Source: an uncultured Chloroflexia bacterium
GTDB taxonomy: Bacteria > Chloroflexota > Limnocylindria > Limnocylindrales > CSP1-4
NCBI GenBank assembly: GCA_963704775.1
Contig: CAVPHR010000006.1
Location: 75 to 64,074 of the forward strand
DNA length: 64,000 nucleotides
Direction: 5' to 3'
Shown here piece by piece: positions 17,793 through 26,210 of this stretch. The translations under genes and the position numbers were made by a program. Every line of letters starts with the position of its first letter. Within the stretch, counting starts at the first letter, position 1. The notes under the pieces are model-generated. The model was given only the letters and a program-made list of their open reading frames with translations, made no database searches and was not told the DNA's origin.

Positions 17793-18839
17793 TCAGACAT
17801 GGGGTCGCGTCGGACCCGGGATGTCTGTGCCCAGTCCATGGCTCTCCAGGCGGCTGCGCTGGTCGAGCGAGAAGAGCAGCGCCAACGAGGGCACGATCAG
17901 CACGGCCGCGACGACGAAGATCACGACCAGTGCCTGCAGTGAGCCCTCTGGTGCGGCAGCGGCCGCGATCGACATCGACCCGGGCAGGATGTCGGGGTAC
18001 TGGGCGGCGCCCCAGCCCCAGACGATGGCCACCACCGCCCCGATGGCCAGGGCCCGGGTGAACATCAACGCCTGTCGTCGGAGCAGGAGGAGAGCAGCGA
18101 GCCCCAGGACGACCGAACCGACGACGAACGGCCAGCCACGTCCGCTCAGGTTCTCGACGAACGCCGGGGTGTCGAAGCGCAGGACCACGAGTCCGCCGAT
18201 GGCAAGGCCGCCGGCGACGAGACCGGCGAGCGTGGCCCGACGCAGGAAGTACGCGGCAAGGCGGGTCTCGGAGCGGCGCCGGGCGTCGGCCACCAGGAAG
18301 ACCGCGGCGAGGTAGGCACAGATCGTGATCGCGAGGAGCCCGACGAAGATCGAGGTCGGGTTGATCCAGCTCTCGATCGGGTCCCCGGCAGCGTTGCCCA
18401 TCGGCACCCGACCGGACACGATCGCGCCGACCGCCGCACCGAGGAAGAACGGGGTGACCACGGACGAGATGGCGAAGACGGCACCGGCCGCGCGCCGGCC
18501 GGTCAGGTTCGCCGCGGTCGGGCGGAAGGCGAAGGCCGCACCGCGCAGGACGATCCCGAGCGCCGCGAGACTCAGGGGTACGAACAGGGTCGACATGATC
18601 GCGGCGAACGCGGGCGGGAAGGCGGTCCAAAGGATGACGATGGCGAAGATGAGCCAGGTGTGGTTCGCCTCCCAGACCGGTCCGATCGCGTCGGCGATGA
18701 GTGCCCGTGGCGCTGCCCCGCGCTCCGAGCCGCCCGCCGTCAGATCCCAGAACCCGGCCCCGAAGTCGGCGCCACCGAAGACCGCGTAGACGGTCAGCGC
18801 GAGCAGGAGCATGACCGCCGCGAGGTCGGCGGTCGTCAT
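17793..18839 (-). CDS. cydB: Cytochrome bd-type quinol oxidase subunit II
   Basis: 348-aa polytopic protein starting MTTADLAAVMLLLALTVYAVFGGADFGAGFWDL (typical CydB N-terminus). ATGA overlap with cydA. Confidence 0.9.
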   Translation of the reverse strand: MTTADLAAVMLLLALTVYAVFGGADFGAGFWDLTAGGSERGAAPRALIADAIGPVWEANHTWLIFAIVILWTAFPPAFAAIMSTLFVPLSLAALGIVLRGAAFAFRPTAANLTGRRAAGAVFAISSVVTPFFLGAAVGAIVSGRVPMGNAAGDPIESWINPTSIFVGLLAITICAYLAAVFLVADARRRSETRLAAYFLRRATLAGLVAGGLAIGGLVVLRFDTPAFVENLSGRGWPFVVGSVVLGLAALLLLRRQALMFTRALAIGAVVAIVWGWGAAQYPDILPGSMSIAAAAAPEGSLQALVVIFVVAAVLIVPSLALLFSLDQRSRLESHGLGTDIPGPTRPHV

Positions 18840-20296
18840 CGGTCGGCCTCGTCCTTCGTTCGGTCGTCATCGGTTCGATCGCCGTAGTCCTCGTCGGCGG
18901 TCCGATGCGGCCCGTAGGGGACAGAACCCTCATCCGTGGACAGGCTCGAGAGGTCGCGGCCACCGGCGGCGGCATCGGCCCGTGCCCAGCGACGGGCCAG
19001 CGCTCGCAGGGCGAACAGGGTGGCGATGCCCAGACCGGCGTACAGGACGACGACCGAGATGAACGTGGCTCGGACCCCGTCGGCCTGGGTGACCGCGTCG
19101 CTCGTGCGCAGCACCTCGTACACGACCCACGGCTGACGGCCGACCTCGGTGACGATCCAGCCGGCCTCGAGAGCCAGGATCGCCCCGATCCCGGCGAGTG
19201 TCGCGACCCGCAGGAACCAGCGTGAGGTCGCATGGTCACGCCGCCGGACGCGCAGGAACAACGCCCACGCACCCAGGAGGACGAGCACGGTCCCGATCCC
19301 GACCATCGTGTCCCAGGCCAGGTGGACGATCGTGGCCGGCGGTCGCTGGTCGACCGGGATCTGGTCGAAACCGGTGATCGTCGTGTTGGTATCGAACGCG
19401 GCCAGCCACGACGTCAGGTCGGGGATCCGGAGCCCTCCGATGACCTGGCCGTCGATGAGGATCCCTCCGACCGTCACGGGCTGGTGCGGACCTGTCGTCG
19501 TGATCAGCTCCATCGCCGCGAACTTCGCCGGCTGGTCGAGGAAGACCTCGCGTGCCGCGAAGTCACCGACCGCGACCTGGATCGGGGCCAGGATCGCGGC
19601 CACCGTGAACGGGATAGCGAATCCCAGCCGCACGTAGCGATCGCGCTGGCCCCGCAGCAGGCCGACGGCGTAGACCGAGGCCAGCAGGAAGCCGGTGACC
19701 ATGTACGCCGCAATGAGCATGTGCGGGACTTCGTAGGCGGTCGCCCCGTTGAAGATGACCTCGAGGGGTGCGACGGAGACGACCCGCCCGTCCGGACCCA
19801 GGATGTACCCGGCCGGCTGGTTCATCCAGCTGTTGGCGGCGACCACGGAGAACGTCCCACCCAGGCCGGCCAGGGCCACCGGGATCCCGGACCAGAAGTG
19901 GGCCCACGGCGAGAGCCGGTCCCAACCATAGATGTAGATGGCGATGAAGATGGCTTCGAGGAAGAAGAAGATGCCCTCGATCGCGAAGGGGATCCCGAAG
20001 GCGCCACCGAAGCGACCCATGAGGACCGGCCAAAGGAGGCCCATCTCGAAAGATAGGACCGTCCCGGTGACCGCACCGACGGCGAAGGTCACGGCCATGA
20101 CCAACGACCACCGGCGGGCAAGCAGGAGTGCCGCGGGATCGGCGCGGCGCAGACCGATCCAGTTGGCGATCAGGACCAGCGTCGGCAGGCCCACTCCGAG
20201 GCAGGCCAGGATGATGTGGAACCCGAGGGTGAATGCCATCTGGGAGCGGGCGGCAACCAGGTTTGCCGCGACGTCGTAGACCATCGGACGCGTCAC
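18836..20296 (-). CDS. cydA: Cytochrome bd-type quinol oxidase subunit I
   Basis: ARSQMAFTLGFHIILACLGVG..., GAVTGTVLSFEMGLLWP, FAIEGIFFFLEAIFIAIYIYGW and a Q-loop region. It carries an acidic C-terminal tail. Confidence 0.9.
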   Translation of the reverse strand: MTRPMVYDVAANLVAARSQMAFTLGFHIILACLGVGLPTLVLIANWIGLRRADPAALLLARRWSLVMAVTFAVGAVTGTVLSFEMGLLWPVLMGRFGGAFGIPFAIEGIFFFLEAIFIAIYIYGWDRLSPWAHFWSGIPVALAGLGGTFSVVAANSWMNQPAGYILGPDGRVVSVAPLEVIFNGATAYEVPHMLIAAYMVTGFLLASVYAVGLLRGQRDRYVRLGFAIPFTVAAILAPIQVAVGDFAAREVFLDQPAKFAAMELITTTGPHQPVTVGGILIDGQVIGGLRIPDLTSWLAAFDTNTTITGFDQIPVDQRPPATIVHLAWDTMVGIGTVLVLLGAWALFLRVRRRDHATSRWFLRVATLAGIGAILALEAGWIVTEVGRQPWVVYEVLRTSDAVTQADGVRATFISVVVLYAGLGIATLFALRALARRWARADAAAGGRDLSSLSTDEGSVPYGPHRTADEDYGDRTDDDRTKDEADR

Positions 20297-20541
20297 CTCA
20301 CCGGACGGGTCATCTAGCGGTCGTCCGAGTGTACGGCGGGCCGGGTATCCTCGGGACGACCCTGACCCTCAGCTTCGAGTCGACCCGTGGAAGTCCTGAC
20401 CTCGATGAGAGACGCGGTTTCGATACTCCTCGAGCGGAACAGGCTGATCTCCGTGCTCGGATACCACCTGAGTTGAACCAAACGCGTGGCGGCGCGGGTC
20501 GCGGCTCGGAGTACGCGGCGTCAGGTGACTTTTCGCCCTTC

Positions 20542-20688
20542 GGCGAATCAGGTGAACGACGAGAAGTCGAATCAGGTGCACTTCGGCGCGTTTCTGGGCT
20601 CCTTCTTCGAGCCCGCGCCACGCTCTTCCCGCACGCAACCACCAGATGTGGTGGTCGGAAGGCCTCAGATCCCTACGGCTGGTAGGGA
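20542..20688. repeat. Copy 3 of the tRNA-adjacent module (immediately 3' of tRNA-Gln)
   Basis: Holds TCAGGTGAAC-type motifs at 20548 and 20572, with a third variant just upstream at 20521. It has the CACCA/TGGTG hairpin and hairpin CCCTAC-ggctg-GTAGGG abutting the tRNA 3' end. Confidence 0.6.
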
Positions 20689-20763
20689 TGGCTGGCGAGG
20701 AAGGATTCGAACCTTCGATCTCCTGATCCAGAGTCAGGCGCCTTACCGCTTGGCCACTCGCCA
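20689..20763 (-). tRNA. tRNA-Gln: tRNA-Gln (anticodon CUG), CCA encoded
   Basis: Reverse complement folds as TGGCGAG-TG-GCC-AAGCGGTAA-GGC-G-CCTGA-CTCTGGA-TCAGG-AGATC-GAAGG-TTCGAAT-CCTTC-CTCGCCA-G-CCA. This is a full cloverleaf of 75 nt, architecturally parallel to E. coli tRNA-Gln. Confidence 0.92.
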
Positions 20764-21075
20764 GTGGAGCGGCGGTGATGATACCGCACGACCTCCCGGG
20801 ACTCCCGTCGGACCCGGCTTCAGACCGGTGGGCTTCGTCGGAACCTGTCCGTCGCCCGGACCGTCTCGACCCTAACCGCCGCTCACCGCGGATCGGGCGT
20901 GGGTCACCGACTACGACACCAAACGAGCTGGTGGGTCTGCCCCGGTAAGACGGCGCCATCTCGCTCGTCGGTCCCCGGACCGACGAGCGGATCCGCTTGA
21001 CGCTCGCCACGGCGTCCAAGAAGATGCCGCATACGATTGCCTGCTTCGAGATGGGTCGGGAGTGATCTGCCCAGC

Positions 21076-22095
21076 ATGACCGGTCGCAAGGTCACGATGC
21101 GCGACGTCGCACGTGCGGCAGGCGTCACCCAGAGCACCGTCTCGCGGGTCCTGTCGCCCACGCCCAACGGCATCCGGATCAGCGCCGAGACGCGAGATCG
21201 GGTCATGGCGGCGGTCGCCGAGCTCGGTTTCCACCCGAACCAGTACGCCCGCAGCCTGCGAGGCAAGAAGTCGCACATGATCGCGATGCTGATCGCGGAC
21301 ATCAGCAACCCCTTCTATCACCCCCTTGTCCGGGCGGTGCAGGATGTCGCATTCGGGCATCACTACGACGTGATGATCGCCAACAGCGATCACACGCGCG
21401 AGAAGGAGGAGCTGTTCGTCGAGTCGGTTACTCGGAGACCTGTCGACGGCGCGGTGATGATCCCGTATCACCTGACGGCCGACGACCTGGACGACCTCAT
21501 GGTCCGGACCGGCGTCGCCATCGCGGCCGTCGGCAGTCGGATCGAGCACCCCAGCATCGACGTCAGCTTCGGGGACGACGCCAAGGCGAGCTACGAAGTC
21601 GTCCGATGGCTCATCCGCGAGCGCGGCCACCGACGACTGGGGATGATCTGTGCCAACCCCGAATTCACCGTGACGAAGCACCGGCTGGCGGCGTTCCGCA
21701 GGGCGCTCGACGAGGCCGGACTGCCTGCCCCCGACGAGTACGTCGTGGCCGGCGACTGGACCGTCGAAACCGGCCAGCGCGGGATCCGCGAGCTGCTGTC
21801 GCTCGCCGAGCCGCCGACCGCGGTCTTCGCCGCGAGCGACACCATCGCCATCGGAGCCATGGAGGCGGCCGAGTCGATGGGCCGACGCATCCCGGACGAC
21901 GTGGCGATCGTCGGCTTCGACGACATCCCGGAGGCCCAGTGGGTTCGGCCGCGACTGACGACCGTCGCCCAGTACCCGGGCGAGATGGGCGAAAGACTGG
22001 CGACGGCCCTCTTCGAGCGGATCGACGGGAAGGAGGACATCGAGCGGCGAGTGTTCGAGGTCCCGTGCCGGTTCATCGAGCGCGAGTCCGCCTGA
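21076..22095 (+). CDS. LacI-family transcriptional regulator
   Basis: MTGRKVTMRDVARAAGVTQSTVSRVLS HTH followed by a periplasmic-binding-protein-like sugar-binding core (AMLIADISNPFY..., VFAASDTIAIGAMEA..., VGFDDIPEA). Confidence 0.85.
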   Translation: MTGRKVTMRDVARAAGVTQSTVSRVLSPTPNGIRISAETRDRVMAAVAELGFHPNQYARSLRGKKSHMIAMLIADISNPFYHPLVRAVQDVAFGHHYDVMIANSDHTREKEELFVESVTRRPVDGAVMIPYHLTADDLDDLMVRTGVAIAAVGSRIEHPSIDVSFGDDAKASYEVVRWLIRERGHRRLGMICANPEFTVTKHRLAAFRRALDEAGLPAPDEYVVAGDWTVETGQRGIRELLSLAEPPTAVFAASDTIAIGAMEAAESMGRRIPDDVAIVGFDDIPEAQWVRPRLTTVAQYPGEMGERLATALFERIDGKEDIERRVFEVPCRFIERESA

Positions 22096-22268
22096 CCCTT
22101 GTCCGACGTCGGGCGCCCTGAAGCCGATCGGGGATCCCCGTGCCTGGCCAGAGTGCGCCAAAACCAACCCGGTTCGCGCGCCCCCATTGACCATGCAATC
22201 GTATGCTATTGTTCGTATGCACTCTCAGTGTGTACGTCCCCCGCGCGTGTCACATGCAGGGAGCAGGG

Positions 22269-23767
22269 ATGCTGAACCGGATCAAGATCGATCTCGACCG
22301 GACGGTCGGCGACATCGATCGCAACGTCTTCGGCGGCTTCGTCGAGCACCTCGGACGGTGCGTGTACGGCGGCATCTACGATCCGACGTCACCAGGTGCT
22401 GACGAGCACGGTCTCCGGGACGACGTCCGCCAGGCCATCGACGGCCTACGAGCTCTCGAACATCCGGTACCCGGGCGGGAACTTCGTCTCCGGCTATCGA
22501 TGGCGCGACGGCGTCGGCCCGGTCGAGGACCGGCCGGCGAGACCCGACCTCGCCTGGGGCGCGATCGAGCCGAACACCTTCGGAACCAACGAGTTCGTCC
22601 GCTTCTGCCGCAAGATCGGCGCCGAGCCCTACTTCGTCGTGAACTGCGGGGACGGCGACCTGCGCGAGGCCCGCGACTGGGTCGAGTACTGCAACGGGAC
22701 GTCGGACACGACCCTGGCGCGCCTCCGGGCCGCGCACGGCTTCCCCGAGCCCCACCGGATCCGGTACTGGGGCATCGGCAACGAGGTCGACGGGGCGTGG
22801 CAGATCGGGGCGAAGAGCCCGGCCGAGTACGCCCGCGCCTACCACGAGTTCGCCAAGGTGATGCGCTGGACCGACCCCACCATCAAGCTGATCGCGTCGG
22901 CGACGTCGGACTGGGACGGCGACATCGTCGAGCGGGTCACGCTGCTGACCGAGGAGGCCGTGGACCTCATCGACTACCTGTCGATCCACTGGTACGTCGG
23001 CGACCCGGACCGGGACATCGACGCCTATCTCGCGACATCGGAGACCATCGAGGCCCGCCTGAGCGCCTACGAAGGACTCGCCCGTGGGATGACGCTCCGT
23101 CGGGCCGGACGCCGACCGCAGGCGGCCCCGATCCCCCTGGCGGTCGACGAGTGGAACGTCTGGTACCGGACGACCGGCGATCGGGTGGGGACACCGCCGC
23201 ACCTCCTCGAGGAGACCTACGACCTGGCGGACGCGCTCGTCGTGGCGATGCACCTGAACGCCTTCATCCGCCACGCGGCGACTGTTCGCATGGCGAACCT
23301 CGCCCAGCTCGTCAACGTCATCGCTCCCGATCGTGACGACCCCCGACGGCGTCGTCCTCCAGACGATCTACCACCCGTTCGCGCTGTTCAGCCGCTCCGT
23401 CGGCCGCGTCGCGCTCGATACGTGGTGGGACGGTGACACCTTCACCGGCGGCGATCTCCAGGGCGTCCGGACGCTCGACTGCTCCTCCTCGATCGATCCG
23501 GACGCCCGCCGCCTCAGCGTTCACGTCGTCAATCGCCACCAGACCGAGGCTCTCGAGGGCGTCATCGAGCTGGTCGGAGGTCGGCTCGGCAGCTGCGTCG
23601 AGATCACGACGATCGACGGGCCCGACCTTCGACTCACGAACTCCGCGGAACGACCCGATGCGGTCGTGGCGACCGAGCAGGAGCTCGAGATCCGCCCGGC
23701 GACCGAGTTTCGCCATGTCTTTCCACCCCGCTCCGTGACCGGGCTCGTGTTCACGGATCTGAGCTGA
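22269..23767 (+). CDS. abfA: GH51 alpha-L-arabinofuranosidase, interrupted by two apparent frameshifts (~22443 and 23326-23328)
   Basis: Three consecutive frames give one GH51 protein. First: MLNRIKIDLDRTVGDIDRNVFGGFVEHLGRCVYGGIYDP...DDVRQAIDG. Second: YELSNIRYPGGNFVSGYRWRDGVGP...YWGIGNEVDGAWQIG...MANLAQLVNVIAP. Third: IVTTPDGVVLQTIYHPFALFS...VTGLVFTDLS. Total length is about 499 aa. Confidence 0.75.
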
Positions 23768-23870
23768 CCGAGAGGAGGACGCCGGGCGCACACGACGTGG
23801 TAGGTGGGGACAGGAGCCGATCCGCGCGGCGACTCGCGGTGGATCCGAGCTCATAGAGAGGAGCGACTGC

Positions 23871-25232
23871 ATGAAACGACTGCTCGGGCTGGCGGTCATC
23901 GCATCCCTCGTCTGGGCGTGCGGCGGCCCCAGCACCTCGACCGCGCCAAGCGGCTCCGCCGACAGTCCGCCGGCGGCCGAAGCATCGCCGACGCCGAATA
24001 CCGGTCTGTGCACGGCCAAGACACCTGAAGAGGCGACGTTCACCTTCTGGACCTTCGTCGATCGCCACGCCACGTGGTGGCAGAAGCGGGCGGACGAGTG
24101 GAACACGGCGAACCCTGACAAGAAGATCACGCTCAACTGCTCGGTCATCGCATACCAGCAGATGCACGACAACCTGGCCGCCGCGTTCACGGCCGGATCC
24201 GGCGCACCGAACCTCGTCGACATCGAGATCGGCAAGTTCGCGAATTTCACCAAGGGAACCATCCACCTGGCCGACATGACGGCTGAGGTCCAGCCGTACG
24301 TCGCGGACCTCGTCGCGACCCGGCTCGCGCCGTATCAGGCGGCTGGCAAGCAGTACGCCGTCGACTACCACCTGGGCGCGGTCCTCGCCTTCTACAACAA
24401 GGACCTCCTCGACGCCGGTGGCGTCGACCCGGCGACGATCAAGACATGGGACGACTACATCGCGGCCGGCAAGAAGGTGCAGGCGGCGAAGCCCGACGTG
24501 AACTTCGCGGCGATCGACATCACCGGCGTCATCCCGGTCCGCAGCCTGATGCTCCAGGCGGGCGGCGGCGTGTACGACCAGAGCGGCAAGCTGATCATGA
24601 ACTCGCCGGCGAACGTCACGGCGCTCCAGCTCGCATCGAAGATGATCAACGAGGACAAGATCGCGGTGCCTGCTCCGGGCGGCAACAACGGCCAGCCCGA
24701 CTTCTTCGCGGCGATGCAGGCGGGCAAGATCGCGTCGGTCTGGATGCCCCAGTGGTACATGACCCGCTTCCCCGACAACATGGCCGATCTGTGCGGCCAC
24801 ATGGTCATCGAGCCGATGCCGACCTTCCCGGGCGGCCAGTTCACCACGACCATGCAGGGAGGCACCGGCACTGCGGTCACCGACCAGACGCCGGCCGACA
24901 AGCAGCAGCTCGCCAAGGACTTCGTGACCTGGGCGAAGCTGACAAAGGAGGGCCAGACGTCGATCTGGACCGATCTCGGCTTCGACCCATACCGGACGGA
25001 CGTCTACGACGATCCGGCGCTCCGGAAGCCGGACCCGTGCTTCAACAACCAGATCACATTCGACGTCATCAAGAGCGAGCTCGGTGGCGTCGCACCCGAG
25101 TACACGGGCCCTGCGTACCCGCAGGCCCAGGACTACATGGCGAACACGCTCATCAACGACGTGCTCGTCAACAAGGTCGATCCCAAGGAGGCCCTAGACA
25201 CGGCGCAGCAGACGATCGAATCACAGCAGTGA
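23871..25232 (+). CDS. Carbohydrate ABC transporter substrate-binding lipoprotein (family 1 SBP)
   Basis: Lipoprotein signal MKRLLGLAVIASLVWAC followed by a 430-aa SBP_bac_1-like domain. It sits next to two MalF/MalG-type permease genes. Confidence 0.85.
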   Translation: MKRLLGLAVIASLVWACGGPSTSTAPSGSADSPPAAEASPTPNTGLCTAKTPEEATFTFWTFVDRHATWWQKRADEWNTANPDKKITLNCSVIAYQQMHDNLAAAFTAGSGAPNLVDIEIGKFANFTKGTIHLADMTAEVQPYVADLVATRLAPYQAAGKQYAVDYHLGAVLAFYNKDLLDAGGVDPATIKTWDDYIAAGKKVQAAKPDVNFAAIDITGVIPVRSLMLQAGGGVYDQSGKLIMNSPANVTALQLASKMINEDKIAVPAPGGNNGQPDFFAAMQAGKIASVWMPQWYMTRFPDNMADLCGHMVIEPMPTFPGGQFTTTMQGGTGTAVTDQTPADKQQLAKDFVTWAKLTKEGQTSIWTDLGFDPYRTDVYDDPALRKPDPCFNNQITFDVIKSELGGVAPEYTGPAYPQAQDYMANTLINDVLVNKVDPKEALDTAQQTIESQQ

Positions 25233-25316
25233 GACGATCCCCGCGCTGAGACGCGCGTGACCTGGCGCCGCATCGGCCTGGCCGGTGCGGCGCTGGCACC
25301 CCCCTGGAGAGGCGCC

Positions 25317-26210
25317 ATGGCGAGAGTGCGAACCCTGCTCTTCAGCTCGAAGCTCGCCCCCTACGTCTTCATCGCGCCATTCCTGCTGATCTTCATCGTC
25401 TTCCGCGTGATCCCGACGATCTACGCGGTCGTGATCAGCCTCGACAAGTTCGAAGGCACCGACGATCTCGGATTCACCGGCGTCCTGAACTACCAGAAGG
25501 TCCTCTCCAACCCGGCCCTCGGCAAGGCGTTCAGCAACACCGTCCTCTACACGCTCGGAACGCTGCTCGTGCTCATCCCGATCCCGCTCGTGCTGGCCGC
25601 CCTCCTCGACAGCGGTCGGGTCGTCAAGGGGACCGTCTTCCGAGTCGCGCTGTTCCTGCCGGCACTCACGTCATTGGTCGTCGTCAGCGTCATCTTCCGG
25701 ATCGTGCTCTCGAATGACGGACTCTTGAACGTCGGGCTGTCGGGGGTCGGACTCGGCGAGAACGCCTGGCTCGAGACCCAGAGCCTCGCGATCCCCGCGA
25801 TGATCATCGTCGCGGCCTGGCGCTGGACCGGCGTCAACATCATCTACTTCAGTTCGGGTCTCGTGAACGTCCAGCGGGACCTCTACGAGGCCGCGGCGCT
25901 CGATGGCGCGGGCGCGTGGCGCACATTCCGCAGCATCACCCTGCCGATGATCCAGCCGACCGTGCTGTTCGTGCTCATCCTGTCGATCATCGGCGGCTTC
26001 CAGCTCTTCGTCGAGCCCTACCTCCTGTGGTCGTTCGGCAACTCGCCGGGCAACGGCGGCCTCTCGGTCGCCCTGCTCATCTACCGCACCGCCTTCAACA
26101 ACTTCAATTTCGGGCAGGCGGCGGCGATGGGGGTGCTCCTGGCACTGGTCATCCTGGTCGTCTCGATCATCCAGTTCCACTTCTTCGGCGGCAGAAGGTC
26201 CGAGCGTTGA
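25317..26210 (+). CDS. Carbohydrate ABC transporter permease (MalF/CUT1 type)
   Basis: MARVRTLLFSSKLAPYVFIAPFLLIFIVFRVIPT... and EAA loop region YEAAALDGAGAWRTFRSITLPM. Confidence 0.85.
   Translation: MARVRTLLFSSKLAPYVFIAPFLLIFIVFRVIPTIYAVVISLDKFEGTDDLGFTGVLNYQKVLSNPALGKAFSNTVLYTLGTLLVLIPIPLVLAALLDSGRVVKGTVFRVALFLPALTSLVVVSVIFRIVLSNDGLLNVGLSGVGLGENAWLETQSLAIPAMIIVAAWRWTGVNIIYFSSGLVNVQRDLYEAAALDGAGAWRTFRSITLPMIQPTVLFVLILSIIGGFQLFVEPYLLWSFGNSPGNGGLSVALLIYRTAFNNFNFGQAAAMGVLLALVILVVSIIQFHFFGGRRSER

Larger units (their letters stand above)
13950..20763. mobile_element. Putative decayed or mobilisable genomic island integrated at tRNA-Gln (no recombinase detected)
   Basis: Bounded by the 45-bp perfect direct repeat. 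Cargo is mosaic: 2 quinone oxidoreductases, tRNA-Gly fragment, orphan ORF, hydrolase stub, cydAB. Its non-coding spacers are lower in GC. No integrase-like ORF appears in any frame. Confidence 0.5.

Noticed and set aside
17648-17800. CydX/CydS-like small subunit ORF (MSDLRPEQIIALVAPLVVIQPGLAG...) overlapping the end of cydB.
   Set aside because: The hydrophobic stretch is only about 11-17 residues, too short for a confident TM helix. GC3 drops in the second half and there is no similarity to known small bd subunits. Evidence is insufficient.
13758-20763. Search for an integrase, excisionase, transposase or phage gene belonging to the tRNA-Gln island.
   Set aside because: No frame shows tyrosine-recombinase (R..HxxR..Y), serine-recombinase or DDE motifs. 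The non-coding spacers translate to nonsense. The island is therefore reported as lacking an integrase, not as an ICE or prophage.
22150-22268. LacI operator or promoter upstream of abfA (TTGACC at about 22187, direct repeat CGTATGC twice).
   Set aside because: The region is AT-rich and probably holds the promoter. I could not identify a convincing palindromic LacI-type operator or a properly spaced -10 box, so no feature is called.
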